A DNA stretch of 64,000 nucleotides from Tubulanus polymorphus (taxonomy: Eukaryota; Animalia; Nemertea): assembly GCF_964204645.1 (NCBI RefSeq), contig NC_134028.1, positions 27,307,345 through 27,371,344 of the forward strand, given 5' to 3'. Of the stretch, positions 1 through 10,900 are shown piece by piece; position 1 is the stretch's first letter; every line of letters begins with the position of its first letter. Made by a program: the position numbers and the translations under genes. A model generated the notes under the pieces. That model worked only from the letters and a program-made list of their open reading frames with translations, was not told the origin of the DNA and searched no databases.

Positions 1-804
1 ACATACTTCATGCAGTTCGTAATGGATTGATTTCACCAGAGCCGCGCAGTTTATAGAGCGAAGATGGATTATGACCAGTGACCCAATAGTTAGATAATAT
101 GAAATATGAAGCTTCATTGTGTTCGACCATTCTTGTCGTTCGTTGTGTCCAGCACAGATTATTACATCTGGGTGTCAAGTGTACATTATTCGTATGACTG
201 TCGGACTTAGAGGTGCTCGCACGTCATGACTACAGTAAAAATCAGACATTTTAACATACCTACCTCTTGTGAACATATATACGAATTTATTCTGAATGGA
301 ATCGATTAATATGACCTGTTCTCAAAAACTGTGAACTGTTACTGGAAACTAAATTTCTTATTCAGGATTCCGGCACGTTATTGAAAACACAAGGATTCAA
401 ATTGACTCAAAGATTATCATTGGATTCAACACACACAGGATTGGATAAACTGTAAGTTAGAAAAAAATTAACAGCTGAAATTATGTTTTATAGGTTTAGT
501 AAGTTATTAGGAACTTACTCGGTGAGTTAGTAAGTTATAGTATTACATGGAAATATAATGGGTTAATTTAAGTGATGAAATTAGGGTGCTATGCGTGGTG
601 TCCTGGGAGTTCTCAGTTGGAGGAAGCTGTTTGTTTATTCTGATGCTTAATATCTTAATTTCAGGATCCTGTATTTCATGCTTCTTTTTTTTCCAGGGTT
701 TCTCTCTATTCTATTTCCAGGTGATTTTCTTTTTTTCAGAATTTCGGTTTTTTAAATCTATTGCTTTACTAGACAACGCCTATTATGTAAATAAATTATT
801 TGAA

Positions 805-1159
805 ATAAACATGACAATTTCAGGGTCATCGCTGAGACAAGACCCCAGAGGACTAGGCCACAGAGTACGTGTCTTCACCCCCAGCACACAAAAGAGTGGT
901 CCGATTCAGGTGCGGCCTGTATATTCTATTTCAGTGAAAAGACCAAGACCCCCCTAGTCACAGAAGATTGAACCTGAAGTTGAATGATGATGACAGAGTG
1001 ACTGAAGAACTCCGGTGCGACCTGTATAACATGTCTCTATTTCAGTATCCCCCTCCCTAACCCCTAAACCCGAGCCCGAATAGGTAGGCCGAATATATAT
1101 AGGTTAGGTTAGAATAGTTAGTTGATAAATCTGTGAATTGAAACATAATTTCAGCTGTT
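805..1159 (+). repeat. Degenerate ~110-bp periodic repeat anchored on ATTTCAG
   Basis: ATTTCAG ends at 823, 934, 1045 and 1154 (spacing 111, 111, 109). TCAGGTGCGGCCTGTATA (906-923) matches TCCGGTGCGACCTGTATA (1011-1028) at 16/18. CAAGACCCC occurs at ~838 and ~944. Confidence 0.5.
1055..1112. repeat. Short telomere-like motifs (CCCTAA/CCCTAAA followed by TAGGTTAGGTTAG)
   Basis: CCCTAACCCCTAAACCC at 1055-1071 and TAGGTTAGGTTAG at 1100-1112. Confidence 0.35.
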
Positions 1160-1912
1160 GATATAAAATGCAGTTGTAATTTCAAGTGGAACCTTTTAAC
1201 AATAAAAAGTTGCATTTATTTACAATGAACTGGATTGAAAATGTTTGACAGTTTGTGAGTTAAGTGTGATTTGATTAAGATGAAGAGTTGAACTGTTGAA
1301 CTCTACTTCTTATAAAATACAAATGACATTTACTTACGTACAACTGGTTTCAGGTTCAGACAGCACCCACCCCACCCGGTCGGGTCCTATTCCTGTGGTA
1401 CCTGGGTTTCTGGTTTATTTGGTTGAATTAATTTACTGATTTTGGTCGCGCTGTTTTTGATGTCGATATTTCTCGCGTATATTTTTAGAAGACGCAGTTT
1501 GTAATGTTGAAGTTTAGTTTAATTGATGATTCAAATCATTGAATAATTATATATTTAAATAATCCACACCTTGTTATTTTGAGGTCTCCTCTCAAATTAA
1601 TCTCGTAATAGCAGCGGTTGTTTTCGTACCATTGAACATCAGTGTTTTATTGCAAACATAGAAATTCATTACATGAAACAGAATTAGAGTCAACAATTTA
1701 TTACTATTATTCTATAGATTATAAATGTTGGATGTGGCTCGACCTTTAAGTCATCATTTCAAAGTCGTTTCGTGCTGTTTGATTTTTCTCACGGCAAGTC
1801 TAGGTAGGTAGGTCTCTGCCTATTGTAATTTTACGGGGTCAGTTACTCCAATTTCACGACCCTCTTATTGTATTAAAGAAGTTTCAAAATTCACGATGAA
1901 CAATAGATTCTC

Positions 1913-4900
1913 AGAATCAGAATTTTCTGGCTGCTTTTGGTTCTGAAGATGATGAATTCTATCTTAATTGATGGGTTAGGGTGTACTGAACTGATTTTCA
2001 ATAGATTGGCTGAAAGATTCAGAATTTTCTGGCTACTTATGCTTCTGAAGTTGATGGATTCAAACTGAAAAGATGGGTTAAGGCGTATTGAACTGATTTC
2101 AAATAGATAGGTTGAAAGAACCAGAATTTTCTGGCTGCTTTTGGTTCTGAAGATGATGGATTCAATCTGAAAAGATGGGTTAAGGCGTATTGAACTGATT
2201 TCAAATAGATAGGTGGAAAGATTCAGAATTTTCTGGGTACTTATGCTCCTGAAGATGATGGACTCGATCTGAAATGATAGGTTAAGGTAAACTGAACTGA
2301 TTTCGAGTAGATGGACTGAAAGATACAGATTTTTCTTGCAAAGTAGGGTCCTAAAGATGATGAGTTCTATCTTAATTGATTGGTTAGGGTGTACTGAACT
2401 GATTTCAAATAGATAGGTGGAAAGATTAAGAATTTTCTGGCTATTTATGCTCCTGAGGATGATGCACTCGATCTGAAATGATAGGTTAAGGTAGACTGAA
2501 CTGATTTCGAGTAGATGGACTGAAAGATACAGATTTTTCTTGCAAAATAGGGTCCTAAAGATGATGAGTTCTATCTTAATTGATGAGTTAGGGTGTACTG
2601 AACTGATTTCAAATAGATAGGTTGAAAGAATCAGAATTTTCTGGCTGCTTTTGGTTCTGATGATGATGGATTCAATTTGAAAAGATGTGTTAAGGCGTAT
2701 TGAACTGATTTCAAATAGATAGGTGGAAAGATTAAGAATTTTCTGGCTATTTATGCTCCTGAGGATGATGCACTCGATCTGAAATGATAGGTTAAGGTAG
2801 ACTGAACTGATTTCGAGTAGATGGACTGAAAGATACAGATTTTTCTTGAAAAATAGGGTCCTAAAGATGATGAGTTCTATCTTAATTGATGGGTTAGGGT
2901 GTACTGAACTGATTTCAAATAGATAGGTGGAAAGATTAAGAATTTTCTGGCTATTTATGCTCCTGAAGATGATGGACTCGATCTGAAATGATAGGTTAAG
3001 GTAAACTGAACTGATTTCGAGTAGATGGACTGAAAGATACAGATTTTTCTTGCAAAATAGGGTCCTAAAGATGATGAATTCTATCTTAATTGATGGGTTA
3101 GGGTGAACTGAACTGATTTCAAATAGATAGGTGGAAAGAATCAGAATTTTCTGGCTGCCTTTGGTTCTGAAGATGATGGACTCAATCTGAAAAGATCGGC
3201 TAAGGCGTATTGAACTGATTTCAAATAGATAGGTGGAAAGATTAAGAATTTTCTGGCTATTTATGCTCCTGAAGATGATGGACTCGATCTGAAATGATAG
3301 GTTAAGGCGTATTGAACTGATTTCAAATAGATAGATGGAAAGATTAAGAATTTTCTGGCTATTTATGCTCCTGAAGATGATGGACTCGATTTGAAATGAT
3401 AGGTTAAGGTAAACTGAACTGATTTCGAGTAGATGGACTGAAAGATACAGATTTTTCTTGCAAAATAGGGTCCTAAAGATGATGAATTCTATCTTAATTG
3501 ATGGGTTAGGGTGAACTGAACTGATTTCAAATAGATAGGTTGAAAGAATCAGAATTTTCTGGCTGCTTTTGGTTCTGAAGATGATGGATTCAATTCGAAA
3601 AGATGTGTTAAGGCGTATTGAACTGATTTCAAATAGATAGGTGGAAAGATTAAGAATTTTCTGGCTATTTATGCTCCTGAGGATGATGCACTCGATCTGA
3701 AATGATAGGTTAAGGTCGACTGAACTGATTTCGAGTAGATGGACTGAAAGATACAGATTTTTCTTGCAAAATAGGGTCCTAAAGATGATGAGTTCTATCT
3801 TAATTGATGGGTTAGGGTGTACTGAACTGATTTCAAATAGATAGGTGGAAAGATTAAGAATTTTCTGGCTATTTATGCTCCTGAAGATGATGGACTCGAT
3901 CTGAAATGATAGGTTAAGGTAAACTGAACTGATTTCGAGTAGATGGACTGAAAGATACAGATTTTTCTTGCAAAATAGGGTCCTAAAGATGATGAATTCT
4001 ATCTTAATTGATGGGTTAGGGTGAACTGAACTGATTTCAAATAGATAGGTGGAAAGAATCAGAATTTTCTGGCTGCCTTTGGTTCTGAAGATGATGGACT
4101 CAATCTGAAAAGATCGGCTAAGGCGTATTGAACTGATTTCAAATAGATAGGTGGAAAGATTAAGAATTTTCTGGCTATTTATGCTCCTGAAGATGATGGA
4201 CTCGATCTGAAATGATAGGTTAAGGCGTATTGAACTGATTTCAAATAGATAGATGGAAAGATTAAGAATTTTCTGGCTATTTATGCTCCTGAAGATGATG
4301 GACTCGATTTGAAATGATAGGTTAAGGTAAACTGAACTGATTTCGAGTAGATGGACTGAAAGATACAGATTTTTCTTGCAAAATAGGGTCCTAAAGATGA
4401 TGAATTCTATCTTAATTGATGGGTTAGGGTGAACTGAACTGATTTCAAATAGACGGAAAGAATCAGAATTTTCTGGCTGCCTTTGGTTCTGAAGATGATG
4501 GACTCAATCTGAAAAGATGGGCTAAGGCGTATTGAACTGATTTCAAATAGATAGGTGGAAAGATTAAGAATTTTCTGGCTATTTATGCTCCTGAAGATGA
4601 TGGACTCGATCTGAAATGATAGGTTAAGGTAAACTGAACTGATTTCGAGTAGGTGGACTGAAAGATACAGATTTTTCTTGCAAAATAGGGTCCTAAAGAT
4701 GATGAGTTCTATCTTAATTGATGGGTTAGGGTGTACTGAACTGATTTCAAATAGATAGGTGGAAAGATTCAGAATTTTCTGGGTACTTATCCTCCTGAAG
4801 ATGATGGACTCGATCTGAAATGATAGGGTAAGGTAAACTGAACTGATTTCGAGTAGATGGACTGAAAGATACAGATTTTTCTTGCAAAATAGGGTCCTAG

Positions 4901-7900
4901 AGATGATGAATTCTATCTTAATTGATGGGTTAGGATGTACTGAACTGATTTCAAATAGATAGGTTGAAAGAATCAGAATTTTCTGGCTGCCTTTGGTTCT
5001 GAAGATGATGGACTCAATCTGAAAAGATGGGCTAAGGCGTATTGAACTGATTTCAAATAGATAGGTGGAAAGATTAAGAATTTTCTGGCTATTTATGCTC
5101 CTGAAGATGATGGACTCGATCTGAAATGATAGGTTAAGGCGTATTGAACTGATTTCAAATAGATAGATGGAAAGATTAAGAATTTTCTGGCTATTTATGC
5201 TCCTGAAGATGATGGACTCGATCTGAAATGATAGGTTAAGGTAAACTGAACTGATTTCGAGTAGATGGACTGAAAGATACAGATTTTTCTTGTAAAATAG
5301 GGTCCTAAAGATGATGAATTCTATCTTAATTGTTGGGTTAGGGTGTACTGAACTGATGTTCAATAGATTGGTTGAAAGATTCAGAATTTTCTGACTACTT
5401 ATACTTCTGAAGTTGATTGATTCAATCTGAAAAGATGGGTTAAGGCGTATTGAACTGATTTCAAATAGATAGGTGGAAAGATTAAGAATTTTCTGGCTAT
5501 TTATGCTCCTGAAGATGATGGACTCGATCTGAAATGATAGGTTAAGGTAAACTGAACTGATTCCGAGTAGATGGGATGAAAGATACAGATTTTTGTTGCA
5601 AAATAGGGTCCTAAAGATGATGAATTCTATCTTAATTAATGGGTTAGGGTGTAATGAACTGATGTCAAATAGATAGGTTGAAAGAATCAGAATTTTCTGG
5701 CTGCTTTTGGTTCTGAAGATGATGGATTCAATCTGAAAAGATGGGTTTAGGCGAATTGAACTGATTTCAAATAGATAGGTGGAAAGATTCAGAATTTTCT
5801 GGCTATTTATGCTCCTGAAGATGATGGACTCGATCTGAAACGATAGGATAAGGTAAACTGAACTGATTTCGAGTAGATGGACTGAAAGATACAGATTTTT
5901 CTTGCAAAATAGGGTCCTAAAGATGATGAATTCTATCTTAATTGATGGGTTAGGGTGTACTGAACGGATTTCAAATAGATAGGTTGAAAGAATCAGAATT
6001 TTCTGGCTGCTTTTGGTTCTGAAGATGATGGATTCAATCTGAAAAGATGTGTTAAGGCGTATTGAACTGATTACAAATAGATAGGTGGAAAGATTCAGAA
6101 TTTTCTGGGTACTTATGCTCCTGAAGATGATGGACTCGATCTGAAATGATAGGTTAAGGTAAACTGAACTGATTTCGAGTAGATGGACTGAAAGATACAG
6201 ATTTTTCTTGCAAAGTAGGGTCCTAAAGATGATGAGTTCTATCTTAATTGATTGGTTAGGGTGTACTGAACTGATTTCAAATAGATAGGTGGAAAGATTA
6301 AGAATTTTCTGGCTATTTATGCTCCTGAAGATGATGGACTCGATCTGAAACGATAGGTTAAGGTAAACTGAACTGATTTCGTGTAGATGGACTGAAAGAT
6401 ACAGATTTTTCTTGCAAAATAGGGTCCTAAAGATGATGAATTCTATCTTAATTGATGGGTTAGGGTGTACTGAACTGATTTCAAATAGATAGGTTGAAAG
6501 AATCAGAATTTTCTGGCTGCTTTTGGTTCTGAAGATGATGGATTCAACCTGAAAAGATGTGTTAAGGCGTATTGAACTGATTTCAAATAGATAGGTGGAA
6601 AGATTCAGAATCTTCTGGGTACTTATGCTCCTGAAGATGATGGACTCGATCTGAAATGATAGGTTAAGGCAAACTGAACTGATTTCGAGTAGATGGACTG
6701 AAAGATACAGATTTTTCTTGCAAAATAGGGTCCTAAAGATGATGAGTTCTATCTTAATTGATGGGTTAGGGTGTACTGAACTGATTTCAAATAGATAGGT
6801 TGAAAGAATCAGAATTTTCTGGCTGCTTTTGGTTCTGAAGATGATGGATTCAATTTGAAAAGATGTGTTGAGGCGTATTGAACTGATTTCAAATAGATAG
6901 GTGGAAAGATTAAGAATTTTCTGGCTATTTATGCTCCTGAGGATGATGCACTCGATCTGAAATGATAGGTTAAGGTAGACTGAACTGATTTCGAGTAGAT
7001 GGACTGAAAGATACAGATTTTTCTTGCAAAATAGGGTCCTAAAGATGATGAGTTCGATCTTAATTGATGGGTTAGGGTGTAACTGAACTGAATTCAAATA
7101 GATAGGTGGAAAGATTAAGAATTTTCTGGCTATTTATGCTCCTGAAGATGATGGACTCGATCTGAAACGATAGGTTAAGGTAAACTGAACTGATTTCGAA
7201 TAGATGGACTGAAAGATACAGATTTTTCTTGCAAAATAGGGTCCTAAAGATGATGAATTCTATCTTAATTGATGGGATAGGGTGTACTGAACTGATTTCA
7301 AATACATAGGTTGAAAGAATCAGAATTTTCTGGCTGCTTTTGGTTCTGAAGATGATGGATTCAATCTGAAAAGATGTGTTAAGGCGTATTGAACTGATTT
7401 CAAATAGATAGGTGGAAAGATTAAGAATTTTCTGGCTATTTATGCTCCTGAAGATGATGGACTCGATCTGAAACGATAGGTTAAGGTAAACTGAACTGAT
7501 TCCGAGTAGATGGGATGAAAGATACAGATTTTTGTTGCAAAATAGGGTCCTAAAGATGATGAATTCTATCTTAATTAATGGGTTAGGGTGTAATGAACTG
7601 ATGTCAAATAGATAGGTTGAAAGAATCAGAATTTTCTGGCTGCTTTTGGTTCTTAAGATGATGGATTCAATCTGAAAAGATGGGATTGAACTGATTTCAA
7701 ATAGATAGGTGGAAAGATTCAGAATTTTCTGGCTATTTATGCTCCTGAAGATGATGGACTCGATCTGAAACGATAGGTTAAGGTAAACTGAACTGATTTC
7801 GAGTAGATGGACTGAAAGATACAGATTTTTCTTGCAAAAGAGGGTCCTAAAGGTGATGAATTCTATCTTAATTGATGGGTTAGGGTGTACTGAACTGATT

Positions 7901-10900
7901 TCAAATAGATAGGTTGAAAGAATCAGAATTTTCTGGCTGCTTTTGGTTCTGAAGATGATGGATTCAATCTGAAAAGATGTGTTAAGGCGTATTGAACTGA
8001 TTTCAAATAGATAGGTGGAAAGATTCAGAATTTTCTGGGTACTGATGCTCCTGAAGATGATGGACTCGATCTGAAATGATAGGTTAAGGTAAACTGAACT
8101 GATTTAGAGTAGATGGACTGAAAGATACAGATTTTTCTTGCAAAGTAGGGTCCTAAAGTTGATGAGTTCTATCTTAATTGATTGGTTAGGGTGTACTGAA
8201 CTGATTTCAAATAGATAGGTGGAAAGATTAAGAATTTTCTGGCTATTTATGCTCCTGAAGATGATGGACTCGATCTGAAACGATAGGTTAAGGTAAACTG
8301 AACTGATTTCGTGTAGATGGACTGAAAGATACAGATTTTTCTTGCAAAATAGGGTCCTAAAGATGATGAATTCTATCTTAATTGATGGGTTAGGGTGTAC
8401 TGAACTGATTTCAAATAGATAGGTTGAAAGAATCAGAATTTTCTGGCTGCTTTTGGTTCTGAAGATGATGGATTCAACCTGAAAAGATGTGTTAAGGCGT
8501 ATTGAACTGATTTCAAATAGATAGGTGGAAAGATTCAGAATCTTCTGGGTACTTATGCTCCTGAAGATGATGGACTCGATCTGAAATGATAGGTTAAGGC
8601 AAACTGAACTGATTTCGAGTAGATGGACTGAAAGATACAGATTTTTCTTGCAAAATAGGGTCCTAAAGATGATGAATTCTATCTTAATTGTTGGGTTAGG
8701 GTGTACTGAACTGATGTTCAATAGATTGGTTGAAAGATTCAGAATTTTCTGACTACTTATAGTTCTGAAGTTGATTGATTCAATCTGAAAAGATGGGTTA
8801 AGGCGTATTGAACTGATTTCAAATAGATAGGTGGAAAGATTAAGAATTTTCTGGCTATTTATGCTCCTGAAGATGATGGACTCGATCTGAAATGATAGGT
8901 TAAGGTAAACTGAACTGATTCCGAGTAGATGGGATGAAAGATACAGATTTTTGTTGCAAAATAGGGTCCTAAAGATGATGAATTCTATCTTAATTAATGG
9001 GTTAGGGTGTAATGAACTGATGTCAAATAGATAGGTTGAAAGAATCAGAATTTTCTGGCTGCTTTTGGTTCTGAAGATGATGGATTCAATCTGAAAAGAT
9101 GGGTTTAGGCGAATTGAACTGATTTCAAATAGATAGGTGGAAAGATTCAGAATTTTCTGGCTATTTATGCTCCTGAAGATGATGGACTCGATCTGAAACG
9201 ATAGGTTAAGGTAAACTGAACTGATTTCGAGTAGATGGACTGAAAGATACAGATTTTTCTTGCAAAATAGGGTCCTAAAGATCATGAATTCTATCTTAAT
9301 TGGTGGGTTAGGGTGTACTGAACTGATTTCAAATAGATAGGTTGAAAGAATCAGAATTTTCTGGCTGCTTTTGGTTCTGAAGATGATGGATTCAATCTGA
9401 AAAGATGTGTTAAGGCGTATTGAACTGATTTCAAATAGATAGGTGGAAAGATTCAGAATTTTCTGGGTACTTATGCTCCTGAAGATGATGGACTCGATCT
9501 GAAATGATAGGTTAAGGTAAACTGAACTTATTTCGAGTAGATGGACTAAAAGATACAGATTTTTCTTGCAAAGTAGGGTCCTAAAGATGATGAGTTCTAT
9601 CTTAATTGATTGGTTAGGGTGTACTGAACTGATTTCAAATAGATAGGTGGAAAGATTAAGAATTTTCTGGCTATTTATGCTCCTGAAGATGATGGACTCG
9701 ATCTGAAACGTTAGGTTTAGGTAAACTGAACTGATTTCGTGTAGATGGACTGAAAGATACAGATTTTTCTTGCAAAATAGGGTCCTAAAGATGATGAATT
9801 CTATCTTAATTGATGGGTTAGGGTGTACTGAACTGATTTCAAATAGATAGGTTGAAAGAATCAGAATTTTCTGGCTGCTTTTGGTTCTGAAGATGATGGA
9901 TTCAACCTGAAAAGATGTGTTAAGGCGTATTGAACTGATTTCAAATAGATAGGTGGAAAGATTCAGAATCTTCTGGGTACTTATGCTCCTGAAGATGATG
10001 GACTCGATCTGAAATGATAGGTTAAGGCAAACTGAACTGATTTCGAGTAGATGGACTGAAAGATACAGATTTTTCTTGCAAAATAGGGTCCTAAAGATGA
10101 TGAGTTCTATCTTAATTGATGGGTTAGGGTGTACTGAACTGATTTCAAATAGATAGGTTGAAAGAATCAGAATTTTCTGGCTGCTTTTGGTTCTGAAGAT
10201 GATGGATTCAATTTGAAAAGATGTGTTAAGGCGTATTGAACTGATTTCAAATAGATAGGTGGAAAGATTAAGAATTTTCTGGCTATTTATGCTCCTGAAG
10301 ATGATGGACTCGATCTGAAATGATAGGTTAAGGTAAACTGAACTGATTTCGAGTAGATGGACTGAAAGATACAGATTTTTCTTGCAAAATAGGGTCCTAA
10401 AGATGATGAATTCTATCTTAATTGTTGGGTTAGGGTGTACTGAACTGATGTTCAATAGATTGGTTGAAAGATTCAGAATTTTCTGACTACTTATACTTCT
10501 GAAGTTGATTGAAACAATCTGAAAAGATGGGTTAAGGCGTATTGAACTAATTCAAATAGATAGGTGGAAAGATTAAGAATTTTCTGGCTATTTATGCTCC
10601 TGAAGATGATGGACTCGATCTGAAACGATAGGTTAAGGTAAACTGAACTGATTCAGAGTAGATGGGATGAAAGATACAGATTTTTGTTGCAAAATAGGGT
10701 CCTAAAGATGATGAATTCTATCTTAATTAATGGGTTAGGGTGTAATGAACTGATGTCAAATAGATAGGTTGAAAGAATCAGAATTTTCTGGCTGCTTTTG
10801 GTTCTGAAGATGATGGAATCAATCTGAAAAGATGGGTTTAGGCGAATTGAACTGATTTCAAATAGATAGGTGGAAAGATTAAGAATTTTCTGGCTATTTA

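Larger units (their letters stand above)
470..1159. mobile_element. Candidate non-autonomous TIR element (MITE-like, ~690 bp)
   Basis: A perfect 19-bp inverted repeat: AACAGCTGAAATTATGTTT (470-488) and AAACATAATTTCAGCTGTT (1141-1159). It can be read as TTAA|CAGCTG...CAGCTG|TTGA, a TTAA target-site duplication with one mismatch. No transposase is present. Confidence 0.4.

Noticed and set aside
496-538. TTAGTAAGTTAT direct repeat (496 and 527)
   Set aside because: Only two short AT-rich copies, too little to assign a function.
586-957. 123-aa + strand ORF
   Set aside because: GTG start, low-complexity Phe-rich translation of T-tracts and no recognisable motif.
1374-1385. ACCCG-GT-CGGGT hairpin as a Helitron end or terminator
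   Set aside because: Only a 5-bp stem with a 2-nt loop, and no convincing downstream CTRR or T-tract.
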